Of a DNA stretch of 64,000 nt, positions 12,231 to 24,036 are shown in pieces. Origin of the DNA: Octopus vulgaris (Eukaryota); the NCBI GenBank assembly GCA_951406725.2, contig OX597828.1:1054001-1118000 (forward strand). The letters are read 5' to 3'. Position numbers and translations under genes: made by a program. Position 1 is the stretch's first letter, and the number at the start of each line of letters is the position of its first letter. Below the pieces are notes generated by a model. That model saw only the letters and a program-made list of their open reading frames with translations. It was not told where the DNA came from and did no database searches.

Positions 12231-13330
12231 ACAATAATTTCAAGAAAATTGTCTCATTAACAAGTCCCAAATCATTTAAAGCAAGGCAAGGGTAAGAGGT
12301 TGGGACATGTGGTTTCATCTGCTAAGCTATCAGGAGTGGCCCCTGAGGTGAAGGGGATGCCAACAATTTGTTTGATGATTTTAAGTGTTGGCAGTGGCAT
12401 TGCAACCACTGACCATAGAAAAGCTGAAAAGTGGTTACAATTAAAGTAGACATCATTATTGAAATAATAAAAATGCTTATTTTGATTATCAGCATTTTAT
12501 TTTTCCTTCAAGCTCAAATTGTTTTGCTTAGTACACCATTTTTGATAATTTGTCACTAAAAATTAAAAATACTTCCCATTGAGAATCCAGTATGAATTTT
12601 TAATTGATGACTGGGTCTTTTGACCTGTCAAAGGTCAAATTTGAGGTCAACTTTGCCTTTTGTCCTTTTAGGGTCAATAAATTAAGTACCAGTTGTGTAC
12701 TGGGGTCAATCTAATCAACTGGCCCCCCTCCCCATAAAATTTTCAGGCCCAGAAAAGTATATTGTGATAGTTACAGAATATAGAAAGTAATGTAACACCA
12801 ATGACTATATAATCCAACCAAAATATCTCAGTTACACAAACGTAAACGGAATTACTATTTAACCTTAGAATACATCGTACATATTCAAAGAACCTTATTG
12901 GTTTGGTGGTATGGAACATTTTTCTGGTATTATTTCATTCGACGGGGGCCATGCTGGAGCACCGCCCTTTAGTCAAAAAAATTGACCCCTGGACTTATTC
13001 CCTGTAAGCCTGGTGCTTATTCTATCAGTCTCTTCTGCTGAACAGCTAAATTACAGGGACGCAAATGCACCAACATTGGTTGTCAAGCAATGATGGTGGT
13101 CAGACAAACACCGACACAAACACACACACACATACATATATACATACATACATGTATATATAGATGATGGGTAGAGGTGATGCTGGCTGGTGCAATTTTG
13201 TGGTTTGCTGGTATGCCAAGAGAGATCCAGCGGGCCCCTAACTGGTTCCCCGATCTTAAAGGTGTAATGTGGATGTGTAATGATAGAGCGGCTGGTGTGG
13301 TGGTGAGGCTAGCTGGTGCAGTGGTCTTCC

Positions 13331-14195
13331 TCACTGTACTTCATGGCAGACAATATTTTGTGTGCATGTCACACCACGTTTTTGGCCTTGTCTGCTATCC
13401 TAATTGAGTGTCATAACTCTTACTTTGATAAATGCGACATATAATTGGTCATGAGAAAATACTGGTTGAGGTGCCACGCAGTGGGACTGAACCCAGAACC
13501 ATGTGGTTGGTAAGCAAGCTACTTACCACAGCCACTCCTGTGCCATTAGCAAACTTTTTTTCTTTTTTACAAATTTCATACTTGATGATCTAACATATTT
13601 AAAGTTAAATAGGTATGATTAGCATTATTAATAATAATAAGATAATAAAGTGGCTAGCAAGTTTACACTTCTAAACTTTTGCGAATGTTTGCCCTTGAGC
13701 CTTATTAATTGTCACTGAATATGCAAGTCGAAGTGGAAACTGAAGTCTGTTTAGTGTGAATGGAATATTTTCATCACTTGGGCCAAGTTTAATTCTGGGA
13801 ATTAGAACTGTACAACCTCTGTTGGAGCCTGTTACCAATGATGCCTCTACACAATGTTCATGAAGTCTTTGCACTTTCATGCAAGTTCCATTACATAATC
13901 CTTGACTGATCAAAAGATTTCTTAGCAGAATTACAATAGCCCCTACTTTTAAGTTGAGACAATGAGGAGGCAAACCGGATGGAGTGAGTGAGTTTATGAA
14001 TTCAAATGGATAGTTCTGAACCTCCTCTTCATTATTGCAGGACACTGAATCTGTGCTTAAGTATGTTTTAAGTGCCTCTGGTATAATATTAAGGACTTTT
14101 TCCTTTATTGCAAGACAGTCAGAATTTTTAGGAGATAAAATTACTTTTTTTTCTATTTCTTCTGGTGTACAGTTGTTGAAAATTTCTGGGTACAA
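13331..14195 (-). pseudogene. Helitron RepHel PIF1-helicase C-terminus, interrupted by a 207-bp local duplication
   Basis: SGLPPH.LNLKVGAIVILLRNL...GLCNGT, LIPRI, RLQFPLRLAYSVTINKAQGQT; resumes PQPVFSHDQLYVA at ~13470 and ends TQNIVCHEVQ* at 13331. Confidence 0.9.
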
Positions 14196-15306
14196 ATGTA
14201 CAAATTGAAATGCAAAAGAACGAAATAATAAATGGATTTATGAATGAAAGTTTGGCAATTGTATTTATTTCCACCACGCGACACTTATTATTGCAAACAT
14301 GTTTTAACTAACCTATACTATACACACACACAAATACATTCATATATATATATATAGGTCTCAAGTTGTAGCTGTAATTAAAAGGGGCCAACCTTGCCAT
14401 ATTCTGTGTGAAGCTGAATCTCCCCGAGAACTACGTTAATGTTATGCATGTCTGTGGAGTACTCAGCCATTTGTGAGTTAATTTTATCGTCGTGTGGTAA
14501 TGAAAAGTGAAATTGACATCCAATATTTGCTGTGCGTATGTATCTATGTATGAACTTTTCTTTGGATTTATGTATCTACTGTCTCTCTCACTTTCTCTTT
14601 CACTTCCTTTGTGTCCCTCTTCTCTCCCTGCTTTTGATTTAACAATGTGTATATGTATCTATGGATCTACTTCTCTCGCGATGTGATAAACATTTAAAAA
14701 CACAAAACGAATGCCGTCACCACTCTCTGTCTCTTTCACTCTCTCTTTCCATCTCACTCTTTCTTTCTCTCTTACGTCCTCTCTGAAACATTTAAAAACA
14801 CAAAACAAGCTTTCAATCTTTCACCTCTCTTCCTATTTAACAATACATAATATTTGCTACAACAGGCTTTATGTTTTATAACATTATCTAGCCGGTTTAT
14901 ATGTGCTTTAATATATCCTATATTTTTTTCTCCCTGTTTTCTCTTCCTCTTCCCTTTCCTCTTCTTACTTTAATTCTTCTTTTCCCAACTCCCCCTTTTT
15001 GTCTTGAGCTTTTTTACTTCACTTCTCTCTCTATTATTGTCATCATTTCTTCTCTTTTCTTTTTCTTTTATTTGTGGTGTTATGTATTTTTTGTATACTT
15101 GTTTACTTATTTAATTTCTCATCTATAGCTTTTATTTTAATCTTTCATTATAATTTCAACTTTTAAATACCTAACTTTGCAATCCTGCTTGCTATTCCTT
15201 TAAATAATATAGGTTAGTTAAGAATAAGGATATGCCGTTGGGGAGTTCTGGGCATGGGCTTCTATCTTTTCTTTCTCACTCATCTATGGGTGGAATATTG
15301 AGTTAC

Positions 15307-15730
15307 CTAGTATCTTTTAAATTTCTTAAAGGTTTTGACATGTTTGTGTAAGCATCTTAAGGCTTGTTCCAACCTACTATTAAGTAATTTGTGACTCAAT
15401 GTAAAGATGTGGTACATTTCTACACACAACTCGTATCTATTTCTCACTGTTCTATACAGTTTAGTCGTACTAATTATCTCCCACTCTGTGGTAAAGCTAA
15501 GATTCCTATCTTTAAGGGACCAGATTAGTCTGCTTAAACTCATGTTGTTCATTTTATTTCTATCTCTAAATGAATTGAAATAATTTGCTAGTCTTTTTTT
15601 GAAATTTAGTGAGCTGGCCCTATATAGAAGTATGTCCTTCCCTCAGAAATGATCTTGCATTGATACACTAGGTTCTTCATCAAACATCTAGAGTGTAAGG
15701 GGCATATCTTATCTTTAGCACAATTACACA
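15307..15730 (-). pseudogene. Penelope-like element GIY-YIG endonuclease fragment
   Basis: CNCAKDKICPLHSRCLMKNLVYQCKIISEGRTYFYIG ... LSRLIWSLK ... WEII ... LC ... LLNSRLE..RCLH. Confidence 0.8.
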
Positions 15731-15736
15731 GACCTA

Positions 15737-16022
15737 AGCACAGCAGGTCACCCGACGATCTAGCAGGTTGTCCTATGATCCAAGGTACTTTGAATGAGCT
15801 GGAGCTGGTTATGTGAAGCTGGTGTAGGATATGCTGTGGACGCACTTTATTTGTTGTGTCTTTACAATCACAGCATATTTCCAGAGGTCTTGGTCTTTTG
15901 TCATTGCCTCTGTGAGGGCCAACTTTCGAAGGTCATGCTTGACCACCTCATCCCATGTCTTGCTGGGTCTACCTCTACCCCAGATTCCTTCAACTGTTTG
16001 GGAGTGGCACTTCTTCACACTG
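15737..16022 (-). mobile_element. RTE LINE 3' fragment
   Basis: KKCHSQTVEGIWGRGRPSKTWDEVVKHDLR, same family as the ORF at 57019-59697. Confidence 0.88.
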
Positions 16023-16455
16023 TTCTTATTATCTATTGCGTTGTAGTTCCTTCACACACACACATGTTGTGTGTGTATATGTGCATATGTATGCGCACCA
16101 TTAAACTTTTTATATGTTCATATATGCATACTATAACAGTTTATAGCTTTGTTTATATTAAAAAATGCTCATGAATACAGTAAAATGAGCGAGTATGTGG
16201 GTGTATATACTTTCGTGTATATAAATGTGTGTATAATATATAATATATATAATCTATATAACTTCTTTTTTTTTGTGGTGTAATTGTTAATACATATCAG
16301 TTGTATTTAATCAAACACATCTTTATAAATTACATATTCACTTACTAAATACAATCTACTTTAAATTATATTTTTAATATACTTTCAGTTATGCAAACAA
16401 CAATTATAATCATTGAGTATGTCGCTTTGATGTGTGTGTGTGTGTGTGTGTGTAT

Positions 16456-17088
16456 AAAGATGTACCCAGTGTAAGCTATGGACACATAAGAGGTGCAGCA
16501 CCATCAAAGGAAAATTAACCGAGAAGATAGCTTTTATGTGCAGCAGATGCACAGGGGCAATAGACACCACAGATGCTCAGAAAACAGATTCCATCATACT
16601 CCAGAGGGAGGAACTAGAAGTAGTTGATAGCTTCCGCTACCTAAGTGACCAAGTTAGTAGTGGGGGTTGGTGCTCAGAGAGTGTTACTACTAGAATAAGA
16701 ATATCCTGGGCAAAGTTTAGAAAGCTTCTAACCCTACTGGTAACAAAGGGCCTCTTGCTCAGAGTGAAAGGTAGATTGTACGACGCATGTGTGCGAACTG
16801 CTATGCTTCACAGTAGTGAAACATGGGCCATGACTGTGGAGACATGTGTAGGCTCAAAAGAATTGAAGCTAGCATGATCCGCTGGATGTGTAATGTCAGT
16901 GTGCTCACACGACAGAGTGTAAGCACCCTGAGAGAAATATTGGACATAAGAAGCATCGGATGTGGTATGCGAGTGAGACATTTGTGCTAGTATGGTCATG
17001 TACTACGGATGGATGAGGAGAGATGTGTGAAGAAGTGCCACTCCCAAACAGTTGAAGGAATCTGGGGTAGAGGTAGACCCAGCAAGAC
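16456..17088 (+). mobile_element. RTE LINE internal/3' fragment
   Basis: Matches 31045-31660 (RCTQCKLWTHKRC ... GRGRP). Confidence 0.9.
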
Positions 17089-17125
17089 AAGTCCGCTGCC
17101 CTAACCACTGGGCCATTGCGCCTCC

Positions 17126-17166
<41 letters not shown>

Positions 17167-17527
17167 GAGGCGCAATGGCCCAGTGGTTAGGTCGTAGGAT
17201 CGCGGTTTCGATTCCCAGGCCGGGCGTTGTGTTTATTGAGCGAAAACACCTAAAGCTCCACGATGCTCCGGCAGGGATGGTGGTGGTCCCTGCTGTACTC
17301 TTTCACCACAACTTTCTCTCACTCTTACTTCCTGTTTCTGTTGTACCTGTATTTCAAAGGGCCAGCCTTGTCACTCTCTGTGTCACGCTGAATATCCCCG
17401 AGAACTACGTTAAGGGTACACGTGTCTGTGGAGTGCTCAGCCACTTACACGTTAATTTCACGAGCAGGCTGTTCCGTTGATCGGATCAACCGGAACCCTC
17501 GTCGTCGTAACCGACGGAGTGCTTCCA
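17167..17527 (+). mobile_element. tRNA-derived SINE (third family), preceded by an inverted ~35-nt copy of its own head at ~17090-17125
   Basis: A-box TGGCCCAGTGG, B-box-like GTTTCGATTCC; body fragment also at ~14380-14490; flanked by GA/TA repeats. Confidence 0.8.
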
Positions 17528-17800
17528 TCTATATATATATATATATATACGTATTGGGTCATCCCGAAAATAATGTGATTTTTTTTTACTTCTTTTAGTT
17601 TTCAAAATTAAGATGAACAAAGTTCATTTTTAATCTAAAATATACTCTCCTTCATTGTCTACAATGCTCTTCCATTTATCTTGTAGGTTTGCAAGGCTCC
17701 TCTTCCAAAATTCACTTGTCTGTAATGAAAAATACTCCTCCAGTACTTTATTTACATTATTTATAGTTGACGGATATTTGTCCTCATCTTGTTTGTTGTT

Positions 17801-17846
17801 AATACAACGTTTTGGCTGATATACCCTCCAGCCTTCATCAGGTGTC
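17801..17846 (-). ncRNA. Hammerhead motif in the inverted arm (GAAA mutated to AAAA)
   Basis: Reverse complement gacacCTGATGAaggctggagggtatatcagccAAAAcgttgtatt; the change is CpG-type. Confidence 0.62.
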
Positions 17847-18101
17847 TTGGGGAAATTTCGAACCTGGGTTCTCATTCCTAAGGTATTTTTTTTTCCGATG
17901 TTGTTATTATTATTACTATTATTGTTGCTGTTGTAGCTGTTATTATTTAGGTCACTGCCTGGAATCAAACTCGGAATATTGGGGTTAAGAGCACGGGCTA
18001 CTAACCCCAAGATTCCGAGTTTGATTCCAGGCAGTGACCTGAATAACAACAACATCAAAAAATACCTTAGGAATGAGGACCTAGGTTCAAAATTTCCCCA
18101 A

Positions 18102-18147
18102 GACACCTGATGAAGGCTGGAGGGTATCTCAGCTGAAATGCTGTGTT
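18102..18147 (+). ncRNA. Minimal type I hammerhead ribozyme motif (degenerate copy)
   Basis: gacac-CTGATGA-a-ggctg(gagggtatct)cagct-GAAA-tgct-gtgtt; stem I gacac/gtgtt; three-copy consensus stem III is the palindrome AACGTT. Confidence 0.7.
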
Positions 18148-18579
18148 AACAACAAACAAGATGAGGACAAATATCCATCAATTGTAAATAATGTACATAA
18201 TTCCTCATCTCTTAAATATAGAACTGTATCCTCCAGTACTGTTCTGACCTCATCTACAGAATTCATATTTTTTCCGTCCAAATTATTTTGAAGACTGTGG
18301 AAGAATACCTTTTGACTTGAAACCAAAGATAGTTGTTTTTCTTTTAGTGCTGACTTTAGCCGCTCAAGTTGCTCACAGTAGATCTCCTCTATTATTGTTT
18401 GGTTTAGGTTTAAAAATTCAAAGTGGACTAAACCTTTCATATCCCACCAAACAGATAACAATACCATCTATGGGTGAAGACCTTCTTTAGCCTGGCTTGC
18501 TGGTAGTTCTCCTTTCCCAACTCACTGTCTTTTCTACATATCGAGCAGGGTTATTTCCCTGAGACGGGATCTGTGATTG

Positions 18580-18957
18580 GTCTGTTTTCCTACTTACTAA
18601 GGAAAAGTAAGTAGATTCCAAGCCTTGCTTCCACATCTGAAATTTCTTCTCTAGTTCTGGTAATGATTCAGCAATAAGAACAAGGTCATCAACATAGAGG
18701 AGCTCTCAAAAACAGCCAGTCTTCAATTCCTCTGTTATGGCCAGGAGGATTGTGATAAACAAGAGGAGTTTAAGAACCATTCTTGGTGGCCTTCTACCTG
18801 TACACCAAATTCATTACTATGCTCATTGCCGACTTTCACCTTAGTGACAGCATCCCTATAAATGGTTTGTACAGCTCTCACCAGCCACTCATCTATCCCT
18901 AGCTTCAGTAGTGCCCACCAGATAAAGGAACAGGGGATCCTTTCAAAGGCTTTCTAA
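18580..18957 (-). mobile_element. Old RTE RT fragment
   Basis: KAFERIPCSFIWWALLKLGIDEWLVRAVQ ... LLYVDDL on the minus strand. Confidence 0.75.
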
Positions 18958-19121
18958 ATGTATGTATATGTGAATGTGTATGTGTATGTTTATGTGTATG
19001 TATGTATGTATATATCATCATCATCATCGTCGTTTAGCGTCCGTTTTCCATGCTAGCATGGGTTGGACGGTTCTACTGGGGTCTGTGAAGCCAGAAGGCT
19101 TCATCAGGCCCAGTCAAATCT

Positions 19122-19163
<42 letters not shown>

Positions 19164-19193
19164 AATATAGATGCATGTGTGTATACACACACA

Positions 19194-19667
19194 CAGTAAT
19201 CCCTCAACTGTCACAGGTGTTACATTCCAAAACCCCAGTGATAGGTGAAAATCCTCTAAGCAGAAACAGTACTGTACTGTACATTTTTTTGTTACTATTT
19301 TTATAATTTGTATATATTCATTTTTATTATAAATGCAAAACACCACTACACACTCAACTCTCGAGTTTCATTTTCCATACAGCATGTGCGATTCTTTATT
19401 TAATCATCTACAATACACTACATGTTTTATTTTAAATATTTTAATTAATGTGTTATGCAGTGCAGTACTGTACTGCATTTGTATCTATTAATCTATTAAT
19501 TTTTAGGCTTGAAAATGCTTATTTTCCCACAGAAATAATTAAAACCTAAAAAAATATAAATACTTATCAGCTGCAGAAACTCATGATATAAATTTACATA
19601 TATTAGCCAGCAAAATCTGTGATGTGCTGAGGGTGCAATAGGTGAACTGCGACATGGCAAATGATTA

Positions 19668-19670
<3 letters not shown>
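19194..19670. mobile_element. Tigger/pogo-like MITE
   Basis: CAGTAATC...GATTACTG termini, TA on the right flank, no coding capacity. Confidence 0.65.
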
Positions 19671-19727
<57 letters not shown>

Positions 19728-19767
19728 AAAATCTATATGAATATATTTTTGTACATACATATAGAGA

Positions 19768-20646
19768 CAAGGTGTGATGAGTAAATTGTCGCCATTCTAT
19801 ATTTTTAATTTCATGTATGCACATTGCTTGTTTTTTATTTTGTCAACACACAGTATAATAGGGTCAGTTGGGCACTGTCTGTGAAAAAACCAGCACCATG
19901 ACACAGTTCACTTTGCCAGAAATTTGCAAATGACATGCTGTACTGCTTGGCATTCACACCAGAAGCTCCAATACAAACAATTGGTGAACACACAGAACAA
20001 CCATTGGCTTGCCATGTCCCTGAAACATGTACCAAAAGTAATAAAAAGCAAACATTCAGTTAACATAATGGTGTTGGGAGTGACCACTAGTGATGGCAAT
20101 GTTATGCCTGCATTTATCTTCCCACACACCTCAGACTCAACATGGAGGCCTACATCAAGTGCCTGAAGAAGATAGTACTGCCATGGGTCAAGAGGGTGGC
20201 TGCTGGGGAACCCTATATCTGGCAACAGGACTCTGTACCAAGCCACACAAGCAAGAGAACTCAGTCATGGCTGTCAGACAATTTCTGTGACAACACAACC
20301 CCTAACATCTGGTCACCTAACTCCCCAGACTGCAACCACACCTTTGATTATTATGTGTAGGGTGCAATTGAGCAAGAGACCAACAAAACTCCTTGTAACA
20401 CCAAAGACGAAATGAAGGCAAGGATTATGGCAGCATAAACAAGGAGACTCTCCAGAAAAGTTGCAGGAGATTCCAAAGTCATCTGAAGGCCATAGTTGAA
20501 GCCAATGGTGATTTTATTGAATAAGTTTACTATTTAATATTTCAAGATATTTTAATGTAATTTTGGTAAAATATCTGCTAAAATGAGATGTCGGTGTTAT
20601 TTTTATTTTTGCGTAATTTTGACAACAATATATTCACCGCACCCTG
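19768..20646 (+). mobile_element. Internally deleted maT (DD37D)-like Tc1/mariner element
   Basis: TIRs caaggtgtgatgagtaaattgtcgcca / tgacaacaatatattcaccgcaccctg; YIWQQDSVPSH ... WSPNSPDCN..DYYV. Confidence 0.8.
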
Positions 20647-20652
20647 TATATA

Positions 20653-21896
20653 CAGGCATTGGACAAAATAATGGAAACACCTAGCATCATAATTTTGAAA
20701 TATCTATAAAACCATCAAATGCTTGTTTATTTTTATGTTTTTTGATTTATTATTAGTGTTGCTTAATATGTTTTGCTAAAATTGCTGGTTTTTTTATCAT
20801 CAGAAAAAGGTAATTAAAATTCATTAAAATGACAGATCTATCAGACTTTCAAAGAGGTCAAATTGTTGGTCCTCATATGGCAGGCGCTAGTGTAATGAAA
20901 ACAGCCAAAATGTTTGGTGTATCAAGAAGTACTGTCTTGAAAGTAATGACAGCCTTTGAGAAGGAGGGAAAAACCTCAGCATCAAAACAAAACTCCAGAA
21001 GAAAACCAAAACTTTCAGATAGGGACTGTTGGACTCTTATGCAAATTGTTAGAAAGGATCACAAAAGTACAGCTCCTGAAGTTTCTGCAGAGCTTAATGA
21101 CCACCTCAAGAACCCAGTTTCCACAAAAACTGTTTGCCAGGAGCTGCACAAAGCCGGATTTCACAAAAAACCACTACTTTCAAAAACAAATGTTGCAAAG
21201 CATTTAGAGTGGAGTAAAAACCTACAGAATTGGTCCCTAGAGCAGTGGAAGAATGTTATGTTCTTGGATGAGTCATCCTTTACCTGATTTTTGACCATTG
21301 GCCGAGTATACATGTGGAGGCAACCAAAAGAAGCATTTGACCCAGACTGCCTTCTTCCAACTGTTAAACATGGAGGAGGATCTGTGATGATCTGGGGGCT
21401 ATATCTTGGAAATCCGCCAGCCCAATGGTTTCCTTTCATGGCAGAATTAATAGTCAAGACTATTTAAGCATTTTATCTGATCAAATTCATCTTATGGTTG
21501 CAGAACTGTTTCTGGAGAGAAGCGCAAACTTTCAGGATGATAATGTACCAATTCACACAGCTAAAATGGTTACTGAATGGAAGACGGCACATTCTAATGA
21601 AGTTGAACATCTTATCTGGCCACCACAGTCTCCAGATCTCAATATTATTGAACATCTATGGTGCATTTTAGAAAAACAAGTAAGGAGTCAATATCCTCCA
21701 CCATCATCACTACAAGAACTAGAGACTGTTTTAGCTGAAGAATGGACAAAAATTCCTTTGGAAATAATTCAAACTTTGTACGAGTCCATACCTCATAGAA
21801 TTCAAGCTGTAATTACTGCCAAAGGCAGTCCTACCCCATATTCAAATAAATTTGTTTGAAATTTTAAGGTGTTTCTATTATTTTGTCCAACCTCTG
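20653..21896 (+). mobile_element. Full-length Tc1 (DD34E) transposon, transposase 20829-21859 disrupted
   Basis: ~30-bp TIRs caggcattggacaaaataatggaaacacct / aggtgtttctattattttgtccaacctctg, TA on both flanks; FLDESSF, VKHGGGSVMIWG, FQDDN, WPPQSPDLNIIE. Confidence 0.95.
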
Positions 21897-22869
21897 TATA
21901 TTTATAACAAAACAATAATTACAAAGTTTTATATGTTAGATAAACACCTAAGAAATTTCCTATTAGAAATTCTTCAAAGAAAGAAACAAATAATACAAAA
22001 TTAACAAAGAAAATTAGCAGAGAGACTATTTGCAAGAAGTTTTATGAAAGAGAAACTGGGAATTTTCAGTTAGAATAAAGAAACTTTGTAAATCTTAACA
22101 AGAGAAGAAACACTTAATCAGGAACAGCCTAACATATATGTGTTTATAAAAAACAAAAACTAAAAGAAACTTCCATGACAGATTGAGAGCAGTAGAACCA
22201 TAGAAAAGCCAGAGAAGCATTTTCTATCAAGGTTACTGATAATCCAACCAACAAGTCTAACAATTTACATCAATTTACTTTGGCTGCTTTGAGTGAACAA
22301 TTGATAACCTAAAAGTCTAACATTAAATGTACATGTTTCAGTAGTACTGGATGATGACACTTAGTTTAGAACTAAAGGTTCCTTGTCTGAATACATTCTG
22401 ATATTATGAAGAACATGTCATGATGACTGGAGGTCAAACTAACTGAAATGTAGAATAAGTGTAACTATCAAGACAGTAATAACTTTATCTAAAGGTAAGG
22501 GTATTACTTTGACAATAATAATCTTGAAAAGAAATTGTACAGGCTACTGTTGGTTATGCCATCACGTGTCACAGTGAATAGCTATTGGAGGTAAGTAATA
22601 CTACTTTTCCAAGAAACTTGGTTCACTATAACCTCCTAGCCATATAGGAAAATGAAATTTTAAAGTTTTGTAATATACCAGTTGAAAGAGATGCTCCAAG
22701 CTGTTTGTCTTGCTAGCTATACTTTTGACAACAGAATGGAGTCTATACTACTTTTGATGAATCAAAGTATTGAACCAAACTAATTTTAAACTTAAGGATA
22801 ATGAAATAAACCCTGATAGGCAAATAATTAAAAGATTGAAACTAAATATAAAAAATGAAAGTTCCTCAC

Positions 22870-22985
22870 CAATAGTTCCCTGCAATCCACTGTCTAGGAT
22901 TTCAACCTCATAGTAATTTCTGTCTTGTGTGAGAGGATCAGCTGCTATATACACTCCTACTTTGTCTTCATCATTAACAATGTAC
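22870..22985 (-). CDS. SPRYD3: SPRYD3 coding exon 2 (YIVNDEDKVGVYIAADPLTQDRNYYEVEILDSGLQGTI)
   Basis: tttttag acceptor, GTGAG donor, 1+114+1 nt so phases match both neighbours; resembles SPRYD3 VGCYVASRPLTKDSNYFEVSIVDSGVRGTI. Confidence 0.9.
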
Positions 22986-23445
22986 CTAAAAAGACAAAAT
23001 AAACATTGAAAATGACAAGATACATTATTTTCTTCATGCAGATTTAGCTTATGCAAATAACTCAGTCAGAAACACGTTATTATTAAATGACTATCAAGAA
23101 ATTCTCAATATTAATATTTTATGCTGATACTGAATAAAGGTTACTAGATTTGAGTTTATGATGCTAGACTAATGATCAGAAGTTATGAATTAAACTATAT
23201 GATTTTCTTTCATGCAATTTACCTCATATCAAACCTACACTAACTCCATGAAAGTAAACTACAATGAGATCATGTTAAGTATTTCTCTTTAATGACACAA
23301 AATCACAACCATTACACATTTCAAGCAAACAATAATTCTATCTCACTGCTAAACATGAACAACATACAACTAGAGATCCTAAAGTTACTACGGATGCTAG
23401 GTTCGCCATCACTAAAATCTGTCCTGACAATCTCACATACTCAGT

Positions 23446-24001
23446 ATGACAAAATCTGAATCACTATTCCTGCCACTCTATGTCACGCTGGTGAGACCCA
23501 TATTGGAGTATGGGATTCAAGCCTCTTCTCCTTATCTCCTCAAAGACATACAGCACCTCGAAAGAGTCCAGAGGCTGGCTACCCGCATGGTTCATGGTCT
23601 CAAAAATTTGTCCTACGAAGAAAGGCTGAGGACGCTCGACCTTTGTTCTCTTGAAAAACGCCGCCGCCGTGGTGATCTCATTCTCGCCCACAACATCATA
23701 AGCGGGAAGTGTAACCTCTCGAAAGAGCTGTTCTTCACTCCTGCTCCGGAGCGTCGGCTGCGGGGTCATTCCGAAAAGCTCTACCTGCGACGATTTCATC
23801 TCAATCGAAGGAGAGGAGCTTTCTCCGTCCGGGTTGCGGATCCGTGGAACAAGCTGCCAGACGAGATGGTGAAGATGCCGACGACCGCTTTGTTCAAAGC
23901 CTCCCTGGACCTCAAGTGGCCTGAACTCTTTACATGAACACCACCCTGTACTTAACTCCATGTCCCCCTACATGGCCTTGCTATTTGCTTTTGAGCCAAA
24001 T

Positions 24002-24035
<34 letters not shown>
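23446..24035 (+). mobile_element. CR1/L2-group LINE 3' end with (TAAC)n tail, young
   Basis: Open frame LYVTLVRPILEYG..LERVQRLATRMV..LSYEERL..RRRGDLI..RGH..WNKLP; CpG-rich; tetranucleotide tail 24002-24035. Confidence 0.9.

Positions 24036-24036
<1 letters not shown>

Larger units (their letters stand above)
17748..18228. mobile_element. Non-autonomous Penelope-type insertion: head-to-head inverted pseudo-LTRs with tRNA-like head and hammerhead
   Basis: 12-bp TSD tcctccagtact at 17736-17747 and 18229-18240; the two arms are reverse complements; the right arm has a ~28-nt extra 3' tail. Confidence 0.85.
17552..18535 (-). mobile_element. mariner 3' part with terminal repeat, interrupted at 17748-18228
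   Basis: TIR-like tattgggtcatccc at 17552; LSVWWDMKGLVHFEFL, YCEQLERLK, SLQNNLDGK, KWKSIVDNEGEYILD*. Confidence 0.88.
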
